DNA from: Macrostomum lignano
Lineage: Eukaryota
Length of the DNA: 64,000 bases
Reading direction: 5' to 3'
NCBI GenBank assembly: GCA_002269645.1
Contig: NIVC01001462.1
Coordinates: 1-64,000 of the forward strand
Part shown: piece by piece, positions 33,989 through 47,384 of the stretch
How positions within the stretch are numbered: the stretch's first letter is position 1
Layout of the letters: every line of letters begins with the position of its first letter
Position numbers and translations under genes: made by a program
The notes under the pieces: model-generated
What the model was told of the DNA's origin: nothing
Database searches by the model: none
The model's input: the letters and a program-made list of their open reading frames with translations, nothing else

Positions 33989-35221
33989 ATGGGCAACCAT
34001 GTCGCCATACCGGATCCTGCATATGATACATGTACCCTTCCGGTAAGATCCTAGCTGATTAGTTTCTATGTTTTGTGTACGCTCGTAGAATTTCTTCTGT
34101 TAGGTTTCGTGTCAAAGAATACTTCAAAGTGATTTGTTACTTCTGCTCTTTTCATTGTACAGAGTGTATAAGAGCTACATGCAATAGCCTGCGCAATTGA
34201 GACCTTAACAAGTGACAGTGGCACCTCCAAGAGACAGTGGCACCTCCAAGAGACAGTGGCACCCTCCAAGATACAGTGGCGCCCTTCAAGATACAGTGGC
34301 ACCCTCCAAGAGACAGCGGCACCCTCCAAGATACAGTGGCACCCTCCAAGATACAGTGGCACCCTCCAAGAGACAGTGGCACCCTCCAAGAGACAGTGGC
34401 ACCCTCCAAGATACAGTGGTACCCTCCAAGAGACAGTGGCGGCCTGCAACAAAAGACAATTATCAGCTAAACTGACCCTAATCATGCAGGATGCGCCCGG
34501 TGTCTCTCGGACCTTTCTTCCAAACGATGACGAAGACATGACGAATGAGTACTCAACAGTGCTAAAGAAAGTGGGAAAGCCAATTCGAGATAAAATCCAT
34601 TCGGTGGCGAGAATAGACAATAATGAGCTGGACCGCAGGCTCGCAGCCTCTAAAAATCGAGAGATGCCTGAGACTGACAGCCGGTCAACGCTGCTGAGCT
34701 TCTACACAACAAAACAAAACGCTGAAGCAATCATACAGAACGGCTTCACGGTCGATCAGTATAGCAAGGGCCCGTTCGGTCACGGGATCTACTTTGTATC
34801 CAATGACTACAAGATTAACGAAATAAAGGCCTGCAACAATGGACTCCGCTGCCAGCTGGTGTGTGAGGTGGCTCTGGGCAAGCCGAAGGTCTGCGACATC
34901 CCCAACCGGTCGCTCGACTCTGCCAAGTTGAAAGCCATGGGCTGCGACTCTGTGCTGTCTGGACAAAATAAGAAAAAGCAAAGCGCCAACGCCATCGACA
35001 GAGACGATGAGTACACGTACGTTGTGTACCGTGCTGAGCAGGTGTCGCCCAGGTATTTGGTGACGTTCAGGTCAAGTAGATCCACAGGCGTGATGCTCGA
35101 CAAAGCAGTGCAGTGCGAAGGAGTAGCGACAAGTCTTCCAGGCCTGATTACATTGATTGTGGATCTGGTATTGGACATAATGAGGTCATTCCGTAAGCGT
35201 AAAAAGACTAAACGCAGTTGA
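33989..35221 (+). CDS. PARP-type ADP-ribosyltransferase-like protein, degenerate catalytic site, hydrophobic/basic tail; 2 exons
   Basis: Exon 1 33989-34042 (MGNHVAIPDPAYDTCTLP, CCG|GTAAGA) and exon 2 34490-35221 (CAG|GAT), both phase 0. GPFGHGIYF, LVCEVALGK and YVVYRAEQVSPRYLVTF are PARP catalytic-fold motifs. The HG motif is replaced by FY. Confidence 0.75.
34215..34442. repeat. 20-bp minisatellite (ACCCTCCAAGATACAGTGGC)n in the PARP-like intron
   Basis: About 11 copies. Confidence 0.92.
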
Positions 35222-35458
35222 TGATGATCGTCTCTACAAATTACTGGCGATACCAATTCTGACTAAGAAGGCAACTCTGTCACTAACAGATTTTCGTATG
35301 TAGTTCCCATATCCTTCGTTATGACAGCCAACCTGTGCCGATCGAAATAAAAGGTATTTCGTTACTAATGTAGTAAACAAACACCCTTTTTTACAGAAAT
35401 CTATTAAGGCAGTTTTAAACTCTATATAAACCCGTAAGTTTTCTGTCGATATTCCTGC

Positions 35459-35918
35459 TTCGAACCATACAGATAACTAGAATAGCTAGATGGGCCACTC
35501 AGGCATATATACTTAGTAAAACAGCTTTCTACTTTCAGTTCAGTAGCAAAGAAGAATACATAAGCTATTTTATAAGAATAAAGGCAGCTGAAATGACTTT
35601 GATAAGTTTAGAAGCCCAAGCTCGCAGGCGTAAACAGCTTGCTAATTGGTTCAGCAATAATGTACATTGGCCAGTCCACTGAATGCGCATGGCAGCTTTA
35701 GGCTGGAATTCCGAGAAAGGCAATAAAAATTGGAAGGGGGTGGTGTTGAAAAGCTCGCTTGAAGGGTTTAAGCTGAGAGGGGTAAGAGGCAATAAATGAG
35801 CCTTGGCTTTAAGAATACATTAAAATTCTTCTGTTTTTACTTACTACTGAGCTGAAAGTAGCTTTCACGCAAATGTGCTGAGTGGCCCATCCAGTTATTC
35901 TAGTATCTGTGGTTCGAA
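35459..35918. mobile_element. ~460-bp non-autonomous DNA element with ~100-bp imperfect terminal inverted repeats
   Basis: TTCGAACCATACAGATAACTAGAATAGCTAGATGGGCCACTCAG is the inverse of CTGAGTGGCCCATCCAGTTATTCTAGTATCTGTGGTTCGAA. No TSD resolved. Confidence 0.65.
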
Positions 35919-36600
35919 CTGGGAAATTTCCTTATGACCTACACTTGGTATATCAGTTTCATTTTCCTTAATTTACGAGCGTATTGCACTCTGTTTTATT
36001 TTCTATTATGCAGCAAATGAGTGTAATTTCGATTCTTATATTTAGCGACATGCGACAAGAAACATATATTATTCTTGTTTACTGTAAATGAGCGGCTATC
36101 AAAATGAAGCTGAGTGTAGTGGTCAGCTTACATGTAAAGTGTAATAATAATTTTAAATATGTCTCTATTAAAATAGGCGTATGAAATACAATGCGATGGT
36201 AATATGAATCAATATTAAAATTAATTGAAATTAGCTATAATATATACGAGGTAATTATAATTATTACTTAGAAATTTTAGTCTTAACTCACAGGGATTCG
36301 TTCAAGTGATATTACCCAAGAGGGCCAACTCCTAAGGCCCTAAGGCTGTACACTCTATGTATGAGTTATGTTGTGCCTGCGACAGTATTGGCCGCTTGAA
36401 CATGTTACATGTATGTGCTTCAGGAGTAAGCTGTCCATATTTTCCTTGAGTTGTCTGAAAGAGAAATGAAGCCGAAGACTATGCGCGCAGTAGTTTCTTT
36501 GATACCATAAAGCGTCTTTTGAGTTTGAGCACTTTCACACCACTGTTAGCTACCAACTTTGGTGTAAACAAAATTTGAGCACCAGCCGGGTGAGATGACA

Positions 36601-37357
<757 letters not shown>

Positions 37358-37803
37358 ACTAGTTGTGACGCGTCTGTCCACTAGTCGCGTACGCGAACTT
37401 CATCAAATGTGAGATAGATCTTTCGTTAAATCCATATACATGTAGGCCAACGCCTGCAGTCAAAGTCTCAAATTTTAGCTAGGCTATCACGATCCACAAT
37501 GAGTTTTAGCAGCGACATCATGTATAAAATAGGGACAATTAACTCTAGAATCGACGCTTGTAGAAAAATGATCTATAAAACTTTGACGGAAGTTTGACCT
37601 GAAAAATGGAATGCCGCAAAATTACCAAATTTAATTTTTTCTCCGAGAATCTTTTAAAGTCGACACTGCAAGGGTAGAAGAGTAGCTTCTCAATTCCCAA
37701 TCGGACGCAAGCATTTCATTGGCTGCGGCTGCAGTCCAAAAATGCATTACTGCATGGGTTCAGCTTTCAATTTTCTCTCTAGCTAATCCATTGACTAAGC
37801 TCT

Positions 37804-38514
37804 ATGTACGCGATTACGTTACCGAATCGGCTGTTTCAGTTGGCACTGGTGGCGGGACTGGCGGCCCTCGCCACTGGCGCCTGTGTCGCTCCGTTCATTG
37901 ACAGGCTGGGCAGCTGCGTCTACCTTGGAAACAGCACCTTTAAGTGGTGCGACGCAGCCAGACTGTGCCTGGACATCGGCGGAGAGCTGCTGATGGACCT
38001 GACTGCCATCCGAGCTGTCAATCACTGGATTGATCACTACTATATCGGAGTGACGGATCTCCTGGTTGAGGCGGGCACGTCTCGCAGCAGCTGGAGATTC
38101 GCCAACGGCTCGCTGTTTCCGACTTTGAATGACAGCGACTGGAAAAGTGGGTTGCCGAACAGTTACTCGGTAGACGATGATTTTTTAGCCATCAGCTTTG
38201 ATGGCTTGCGAGACCAAGGCGCCTATCTGGAGAGACAGTTTGTCTGCCAGCCGATCGCGACGCCGAACAGCAAGTACCTGGAGCGAGCGGAGTTCCTGAG
38301 GCTGGGCAACATCAGTCCTGTCTACTGCTACACTGACGCCTCGGTGAGCTCGGAGTTTCGCTGCCTGTGGCTCTGCGTGCAGCGCTGGGAGTGCCGGGCC
38401 GTCCTGTTCAACCGGGCCAGCGGCGCCTGCCGCATGCTGGACTTCGCTGACTCGAGCGTCGGCGACGCCATCGAGACCGACCCGAACTGGGCCAAGTTCG
38501 TCAAGGTGTACTGA
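37804..38514 (+). CDS. Secreted C-type lectin domain + PAN/apple domain protein, 236 aa, intronless
   Basis: Hydrophobic signal peptide. CTLD motifs: CVY...W.DA...C...GGEL, YYIG (WIG), W..G.PN, FVCQ. PAN-like CLWLCVQRWECRAVLFN...CRM. Confidence 0.85.
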   Translation: MYAITLPNRLFQLALVAGLAALATGACVAPFIDRLGSCVYLGNSTFKWCDAARLCLDIGGELLMDLTAIRAVNHWIDHYYIGVTDLLVEAGTSRSSWRFANGSLFPTLNDSDWKSGLPNSYSVDDDFLAISFDGLRDQGAYLERQFVCQPIATPNSKYLERAEFLRLGNISPVYCYTDASVSSEFRCLWLCVQRWECRAVLFNRASGACRMLDFADSSVGDAIETDPNWAKFVKVY

Positions 38515-39273
38515 TGGCGTAAATAGTGCAGAAAACGAGTCAGAAGACTGAAAATTTGCAGAGATAGCCATCGTTGTTGTAATCATACAGCAGAAGTTTA
38601 AAATTCCCAGAGATATTCTGTCGTGTCAGTCCATATGGCACCTGTAAGACTCTTTTCTGCTGAAAGATTCTGTACTTTTTTCATTACTCAGCCTTAGCCT
38701 TTCTTGTTTTCTTGAAGTTTTCGCGTCCCTAAAGCACCGGCGATGCGACGCTGAATTGTACCACCTTTTGTTCAATGAATAATTAAAAACTAGACTCAAT
38801 TCTTCTCCTCGCAGCATCGCTCTGCATCGCTGCTTTGTTGCCTAGGAAAAATTGCACTGGCGGTTTGCTAATTGGATTGGCTATGGGAAAGCAGCAGGCA
38901 GGTGAAAACCTCTCCAACCATTGTGTTGGCAAAGCTTCCAAGTTTCCTCTCTTTCTAATTAGAAGGCTTTGGAATGTTCCGCTACTCATGAAATCCATTG
39001 AAGGCGCCTAGAATTGCTAGATGAAGATTCAAAGTGGCAATACAGGGTGCTACAGAATGCTAGGTTCTATCCTAATCCTAACCACTGAGCCATGCAGGAT
39101 CTTTCTTGGAACTTTGAGGAAGTGTTTCAATAGTTTCCTCAGTTTGAAATTTACTAAACATCCGGTGCATGCAGACATATTCTTTGATTTGGCATAAATT
39201 TCACAAATCAATGCCTAACATTAAACCCCGAAGCATTTCCCCCAGAGCCCAACAAAGTGACTGACGGGACAAT

Positions 39274-39274
<1 letters not shown>

Positions 39275-39354
<80 letters not shown>
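39275..39354. repeat. (CA)n microsatellite
   Basis: Seen directly. Confidence 0.97.
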
Positions 39355-39356
<2 letters not shown>

Positions 39357-39699
39357 TCCAAGACCTGATCTCATTTACTGAAGATCACAGGAATTGGCAG
39401 GCTCGGCCTCACAACCGCATGGCCCCATATAGAGACAAAACACTCGACAAAAAGTTCTGACGGTTGATGCAGATCTTTCCACAAGACAGACCGCGATGTG
39501 ATCTTTAAGCCAATACTGTAAGTGGGTTTTCAAGTATTAGAGGTAGTTATTCAACTTCAAGTATACTACTGACGGTTGTGAGTAGTTTAATTTGCGCTTT
39601 CGCTAATAAAACGGTAAATTCTTACTTACTAAGTAGTGACGTCACTGCATGGTGTTACTAGGGGAGTTAAAAGTCCAGTTAAGGCTGTTTGACTAGACC

Positions 39700-39935
39700 C
39701 ACGGTGTCTAACAATAGCTTTTTTGCCGGTGGGTCCATCAATTAGCCAGATTCCTTGTCCTTTACCTCGGCCCTGTTTTAGCTGCAGCGACAATTGATCC
39801 ATGAGCTCCTGGTTACCTTTCTCATCTCCCTTCAGTCGAACTCTGTCGCGAACCTTTGCAGAGATTTCCTATAGTCTTTCCTGGCGAGACGTCCCTTTTT
39901 GCTGGACTTCTTTCATCCCCAGCTACCAGGCTAGA
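39700..39935 (-). mobile_element. Possible degenerate LINE ORF2 fragment
   Basis: Minus strand gives ARKDYRKSL...RKVTRSSWINCRCS with stops. This resembles the Y..R.AKR.SW..F linker of I/R1-type LINEs; weak. Confidence 0.3.
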
Positions 39936-41828
39936 AAAATAGTTTTCTAATATATAATTAAATTGATCCTACTTAGGAATTTTGTCTCACGATTTCACTA
40001 TACGATCACAGGGACTAGCGGAAAACTTATACGCTGAAATAAGTTGAGAAAATGTTATAAAAACATTAGACCCAAATATATTTCGAATCCAGAATATCTG
40101 ACGTGAATACCTTTAAAAACAAGTTATAAAATATACATGTATATTCAGAATTGGATTTACAAGAAAAATAGCAAATCGCGACAATTTTAAATTTCTGAAT
40201 AATACCGATAGAAAAGTTGAACATTTCTATAAATACAGCAATAAACTACTGTATATGAAGAGTTTTTTGTCAATCTCTGAATAACTTGAGTAGGTTAGAG
40301 TGCTTCGTGAAACTCTCTGAGCACGTGAAAAAATAAAGTACATGCAGAATTATGTGATGCGATTCACCTTCATGGTCCTCCATGGATTTGTAGCGTAAAG
40401 TATCAATCTTAGAAAGTACATGTACGCTAGATTTATTTTTAGAATTAGAATCTTCGAGAAATTACTTTTGTAGTGCAAAGTTAAAGTTTATTCCAGAAAT
40501 TTCCTTTAGTTTAATTAAATGTTAGTTTTACTTCTAAATATTAAGTATAAAATTTATTGTTGTCATATTTATTAATGCATTTGTACAGCAGTGCTACGTA
40601 ATAGCATTTAGAATATTTAATTTTGTTGTAACTAACGAAACTTCTAGAAATTTCCTGTTATACTCAGTTCAGTACTATAAATAAACGTAACCTAAGTACT
40701 TCAACTCTTTAAGTGATTCTTTTCATTCAGCAAACACAGAACCACCGCCTTTGCTCTTTATCTGCATCAACCTTCTTTACAGATTAATGAATTAATTTTA
40801 GACTTTTTCTGCAATAAAAAAGAAAAATTATCATCTTCAGAGACTGAAACTCTACTCCAGATCACCAGCTGATTTTGAGATTGCTCAGACTCTGGATGAG
40901 ACTTAAGTAAGTGCTTAATTTATCCAATTGAGTTCAGTAAAATAGCAGAGAAGAATAGAGACCAGATTAGAACCTGCTGATTTCAACGAATAGTCTATGG
41001 TATACCGCTCCCTGACGCTTCGCTTTCTGGGAAGTGAGACTCAAAGTTCACTTCTTTAAAAGTTCATAGTTAAGGTTATGCAATCGTTTAAAGTGAACTT
41101 TTTAGTGTCACATCCTGGGTAGCAGAGCGACAATATAGATCGAGGCTCTCTTGTTCGGCTTGTGAAGTCGGCTTACTGACTGCTAAAGTTGTGACCAAAT
41201 TCTTTACACAAATAAGCAAAGTTTAGTTCAGAAGACACTGTAGCTAGCAAGCTATACTTTGCATGACCGATCTAGTATTTCTAGACAGTGCATGCATATA
41301 TAATGGTTAAGCATCAAATCTTAAAAATTTAAATTGCCAACATGCAATGCATCGTGGTCTATCTCCGAACCTGTGGTATAACACTCGTCGGAGCCAAGGG
41401 ATCATGAATGAGTAACTTAAAAATGGAAAATGGAACCTTGAATAAATTTTTTTAAATTCATAAAGTTCAATTTTAGCATGAATAAATAAGTACTGTAGCA
41501 GGTTGTTTTGTCCGTTCAGCAATGGCAATAAAAGTGGAAGGGAGCCAAGTTAAAAACAGATAAACACAAAATCGATCGACGCTTGTAGAATTCGGTAAGT
41601 TCAGTAAAAAAACAAAATTGGAGCTGCGGAATACATAAAGTTTACGAAATCGCACTAGGAAGAGTCAAAGTGCACCCAAATAATAGATACATGTATCCAG
41701 CTCCTACAAAATTCTTAAAAAGGAAAGGAAACATATTTTTGATTGGTCCCTTCTTTGAGACGGCAAGGTAACTACAATATTTCATTCTTTTGAAGAATTA
41801 AAAAATTAAAGCGTCCAAAAAAGAAAAA

Positions 41829-44483
41829 TCACAGAATCGAGCACTCTGACCCAAACTTGATTAGATATCTCGGGGTGGCTTGCTCCGCTCTGTACACGAT
41901 GTACTCGTCATTCAACACTCCTCCTTTTTTCTTCGAATTTCTTCTGGCAAACACGGAATCGTATCCAGCTGTTCTAACCTGCTCTAAGGTAAGACTGGTC
42001 TTTGGAGCATCGCACACCATTGTTTTACCCAGCAAGACATCGCAGAGCAGCAGCGATTTAATACCTGTTCCCCTGCAATACTGAGCGCTCTTGGTGCTAT
42101 CGGTTGCGAAGTATATGCCAGCACCGAACATTCCGCTATTGCCAACCTTGAATCCATTCTGAATGATCATTTCAGCATTTTTTCTTGTAGTTCCGTGGAA
42201 AAGCAACTCCGGCACACAGTCCTTCTTGTGCATTTCGTTGTATACATTGAAAAGTTTCTTATCCAAGACTGGATTTTTTATTTTCTCAATGGAACGAATT
42301 TCCAACTTAATATTGTGCTCCTTTAATGCGTATCGCAGAACTCGGTCGCTTATCTTATAGTACTCGACCGCAGTGTCTTCATTGTCAGCAGTGACTGGTG
42401 TACGTCTGATTCTGTCACCATCCTGACAAAGTTTGTTTGCCTGCACCTGGCTGGCCAGAGGCCAACAGCTGGAACAGAACTGGTCACTTATTCGACGCAA
42501 AGATGATTCGCGGTCGAGCCGTTCGGTGTGCCCGCAGCGAAACGTTCTTAACTCGTCGTTCTAAAAATGAATTGTTGGCAACTGCAAATCCTTTCAAATT
42601 GAGCATGCGCTCGTATCTTTTATTAACAAATCCCTTTGGAAAATGTTTACAGATCACCTTACCCACAGGTGCACAGCCATGTCCTGAAGACTGTTAAACT
42701 CTTCAATCAAGATGCCTAACTGGTCCTTGACATCCGTGCGTAAAACTGAATTTCCTCGATTTTCCTCTATCAGTTTGTAACCCAGTGTGCGGACATTTTC
42801 CACTGTCCACGATCTGCTATCGATCTCTTTGCGTAGCTTTTGAAGGATCCTTTGTCTACGAACCTCCTTATGCTCTGGTGAAGGCTGAGAATCGTCTATC
42901 TGACAGTGTCTTGTCATGTTGTAATGAAGGGCAGATATCCAGCATCGACAGTCGCGAAATTTCTGCCAATACTGCTGCAGAAGTGATTGATCAGGGGTGC
43001 ATAGCTTTGCGGGACCAATTGACGCTGCTTCGGCCAATTGATTGTAACCAGCGCCCTGCAGACAGTTTCGTGAATGCTTGAATGCAAAAACTCTGTCCAG
43101 TTAAAATAATAGCAATAAAAATATATCAGCTGGTCAGCCCCATAAGAGAAGACAGCGAGAGACAAGCGGTCAGAATTCCAACGATAGAGATTAGATAATC
43201 CTGAGATTAAGCTAACCCGCCACCAACAATCCATGAGAACTAGCTAAACAAACCAGCTCTTTCGAAATCGGATTTCCGACTTGAAATGGCACTGGACTTA
43301 CCTGCCAACAAGTGTTTTTGATATTCAATCTCGAATTCGTAGCCAATAAAAGGGACACTGCTGAGACTGGATCGCATTGACATGCAGGAAGCGAGAACTT
43401 TTGTAGGGGAGGGCGCTTTTATGCTGACAAGCCTCTATACACAGCTGAGTGTACATACTATTACATTCTACTGAATTCAAGGAAGTTCAGGAACTATTCG
43501 GAAACCCAGGTAGTCCAAAAGTGTTGAGAGGCTCCGGAAGACCTGGTATGATATTGCCTCTGCTTAGGTCTGCGGGCACCCTCCATACGAGGGCCCACCT
43601 TGCTTCCTAAGATCCCAGCTTTTGTCAGCAGACGTATTTTCGAAGCGTCCGAAAGTGTACCGAAATCATGGGGCCACCCATCCTGCTCGTCAATAGAACC
43701 CACTTTCGCACTGGCAGAAGCTCCCTGCGGCCAAATTCTGGGGTTGAGAATACCAAACTAGAGACCTGTCTTATTATACAGCTAGCATACAGCCTTTCCC
43801 GGTCCGCTGTTACCTATTCTCGTAGTGAGCTACCTCAAGACAAATTTTCCAGCGGTCAGAGACAGACTTCGGAAAGTATGCAGACCGGATCACCATTGCG
43901 GGTAAGTGCTCAACCGTGATATTCGCTAGTAGGATATGAAGACAAACAAGTCATGGTAATGCATTTATGCTATATTAACAAAATTAAAACTACTCACCAT
44001 TTTTTGTTGAACAACCTCGTTCAAGTCGGACATTTTTTGGCCGATGTCACGAATTTGCTTTCTGATTTCCGCGCACAAATCTTTGTTCCCGAAATTTTCT
44101 TCCGCGAGCTTACCTCCCATTGACTGAACTTTAATTACTAGACTTTGCCTTTTTTTAAGCTCGTGCATAAGTTTCATTTGTTGCTCCTGCGTCTCCAGGG
44201 GAATCGACTGGTCCAAAACACCGGACAGGGTCCGCTCAATCCAGCATTGGCTATCATGTAGAAAGTCAAAAAACGAATGCTGGTCCGGTTCCGACTGAAG
44301 CTCTTCAACTAATTTGGCCAGCTTGAAAACTGATTCCAACATATTGTTCCTTCTCCGCCGTGGTTGGCTAGGTCCTTCGCTAAATCGTCTGCGACGCAAC
44401 GATCCACCTCTGTCTCGTTGGAAGTTCGAATGCGGGCTGCTCAATTGCAGCCCTCTGGTGCTATGGAACTCGCACGGTCTACG
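41829..44483 (-). CDS. PARP-type ADP-ribosyltransferase with intact H-Y-E triad and two N-terminal spectrin-like repeats; 3+ exons
   Basis: Exons 44483-43998 (TTTGTAG|CGT ... ATG|GTGAGT), 43055-42663 (CTGCAG|GGC ... TGG|GTAAGG) and 42560-41829 (TTTTTAG|AAC), all phase 0. LFHGT, FGAGIYFA and DEYIVY motifs present. The start is uncertain: ATG 44342 or an upstream exon. Confidence 0.75.
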
Positions 44484-44803
44484 CTACAAAGTTAAATAGA
44501 TTGCTAATAGTTTTCTCATTTATGCTTTTTATCGTTAGTTAGTTAGTACGCTCGTAGATACATTTTACGAGTAGTATACTAGCTACAATAGTCGCCTTTT
44601 AAAAAAGTTCAAAAGTGATTTAGCAGTGCGAAAAAACTTCTGACTTCAGCCACTATTCAGGATTTGAGCATGAAACTAGTTAATTAGAACGAGACAAAGC
44701 GCAGGGGCTGGTGAGTGGGGATGATGATTAAAACTATTAATCAATAACTGCTGATTTTGCTTGATACAATCAAATAAGTTTAATTATAACACGCAAGTTA
44801 TAC

Positions 44804-45127
44804 TTAAAAATCTTCAGGCTTGCAAGTTGAACAGACAATTTGAAATCTAGTTTTTGCTCGGCATTCTGAACAGAATCTTGTCCAAAGCTTCTCTGCATGA
44901 CCAGGGGAAGATTCTTCACATATCGAGCACCGCTTCCACCAAGAACCCAGTGGATGTGGGCACTGACTTGAGTTTGAAGCTGCAGAAGGACATTCCAAGC
45001 AAAAGTAGGTGAACGGATCATTTTCACCGCATTCTTCGCAAAATTTTCTAAAAATATTGTCGTCAACGAAATGACACCTCCAACATTTTTTTCGAGCAGT
45101 AGCCACAGTGTGAATGCAGTTAGCCAT
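44804..45127 (-). CDS. Small Cys-rich zinc-ribbon-like protein (internally duplicated CxH-CxxC-CxxC-CxxC), 107 aa
   Basis: ATG 45127. CIH/CWRC/CEEC/CLEC is followed by CPH/CSIC/CSEC/CSTC. Confidence 0.65.
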   Translation of the reverse strand: MANCIHTVATARKKCWRCHFVDDNIFRKFCEECGENDPFTYFCLECPSAASNSSQCPHPLGSWWKRCSICEESSPGHAEKLWTRFCSECRAKTRFQIVCSTCKPEDF

Positions 45128-46739
45128 GGCATGAAATTTTAAATGTTTCAAACAATCTTCTTAATTCAGTTTTGGAGCTTTTTTAAATCTGCAAGCAGTA
45201 TAGCTATAAAAACGTTTTAAACTGTTTGGTTTTTAAAAGTCCAACATCTTTCTAGTAGACCATTGCATAACACTGGATAGAGTTAATAGTTATAATCAAT
45301 TTATTAATTCAATATCACAATGCTTATCTAATCTGTAAATATCTATATATCTATATGTATTTATATATGTGAATATCAATAAATAGGTACAAAATTATAT
45401 ATGTAGTTATAAATGTATACATATAGTTATATACACCTCTCTTATCAGTGTTTCATAAAAACATACATGGTTATAGGTAATCAAGGTTTAATATACAGCT
45501 TATCAGTAAGTAACATGTGAAAAATTGATTCATAATAGAAGCTTTTTCCTAATCTTCTAAAAATAAAGTTGTGATAATAATAATTAACAATTATAGGGGT
45601 TTAACCACTACTTAATGTGCTACAGAGTAAAAGAAAATGATGTCAAACTGCTGAATACAAAGTTTCACATGGGAAATTGAAGAGAAACTGTTTTACATCG
45701 CGATTCGCGAAATATCTATCAAGACCGTGCCACCTGTACTGTACGATCAAACAGGTAAATGAGCCACTGATAGGTTGGATAATATCTCGTTAAATATGAA
45801 ACTAGATTTGCTATCAAAAATAGCTTTTAGTTCCTTGTACATGTAGATGTCGAAACAGGACCAAGCTGTGACCAGCTTGAGCGTCATGAACAACGAGGTA
45901 CCAAGTATTATTTTTAAAATTGCATATTTTAAAACACTAAAACAAATGTTTCTGTCTGACACGCAGTGTAAATAACCGAATACCCTTTACAGTTTTTTTT
46001 TGTCCTATCGTGAATTAAATGCAATAAAATATTTTGGAAACCGATTTCAGTTTGTCAGTCTGTTTTTACGGACAAACTGAAGCTCAGACATATGTAGAAG
46101 GCCGTAACGCTTCACCCACAATGATCGTGCAAATTTCTTGGCCGGCTTTCGCTACAAACGCATTAGCGTGATGAACAGCTTATAATATTTACAGCAGCTA
46201 AATTCACAGCTTTTCACTTTCTGGACTTCCCATTCCAAACGAATTGATACATGTGTAAGTGTCCGATAGCGTTTTTCTCACAAGTAATTTTTTTTTAAAT
46301 TTTGAGAATTTTTACAACATTTGACTGAATTTTTTTAGTTAAGATTGCTGAAATTGAATGGATCCTTTCCGAATTCGATAGACGGTTGAACTAGCTAAGT
46401 ACGAACGTATAGAATTATGAAGAAGCATTTTTGTCAGCTTGCAAAAATATATTGTACTAGTAGAATCCCGAGTTCGTTAAAATTTAACAGAAAATTTTAG
46501 CTAGTGGAGAGCAGCAATAACGCTTAAAATACGGCTAAACTTACTAAACATGTTCCGCAAAGATGCCCTCAGAAATGCTGAATGTCGACACACGCCAGGC
46601 TGAATTTAGTCTGCCATGCATGCAGAAGCAGCGATTGCATGTTGAAGCAAGTTAGGGGGCTGCTGCAAAGCAGGCGGAGATGATGCGGCTACAGCGGCTC
46701 TGCCCTGCGCGGCTACCTTGCTCAGAAGGCTTCCCCGGC

Positions 46740-47380
46740 AGACGAAAGCCAGTTTGGGTGTTGTCCATGGGGAGGTTCGGTGCTGCCGACTTCCTGTGGA
46801 TGAACGACAGTGCGCTGAAGCTTACATGTATTTGCTTGCTCCTGGCGGCTTGCTCCTGAAGCCTCGCTCCTAGAGGAAGGAAGGCGGTGAACTTCTACGG
46901 TCGTCCAACTTATGGGGACGGCCACCGCTACTTCGGCACTTCGGAGTTTTTGGCCTCGACGATGACCTCCTCGCCTTCCTGTCAACAATTAACTGTTATT
47001 AAGGCGCCCAGCGCCAGATCAATAGGCTGGTCTTGTGGTCAACACACTTAATACCGAGGTTCTCACCGTGTCGGCTGATTTCCCAGAGTACCTGTACGGT
47101 ATACATGTATGCCTCAGCGCAGAAGACCATGCGCTCGCCCGCTGCCAGCGGTTCACCTACCTTGGCGGTCTGGTGCTCCACATAGAGGAGGACATCTGGC
47201 GGCGCATAGGACTCGCCTGGGCGGCCTACTGATCTACCCACCGTCCTTCTCAGTCCCAACCTCTACAGGACGTCCCGCTATTCACCTTGCAGGGTATATT
47301 TAAATGGGGCCAAGCGGGATTCAGTCTATGTGTGGGCAGCCTGCTTTGAGATACCGGGACGCCCGATTCAACGTTCTCGC
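46740..47380 (+). mobile_element. Degenerate RTE-clade LINE fragment
   Basis: DDDLLAFLST...GAQRQINRLV, RCQRFTYLGGLV...RRIGLAWAA and QDVPLFTLQG align with the RTE ORF at 62630-63490. The left boundary is approximate. Confidence 0.75.
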
Positions 47381-47384
47381 CAAC

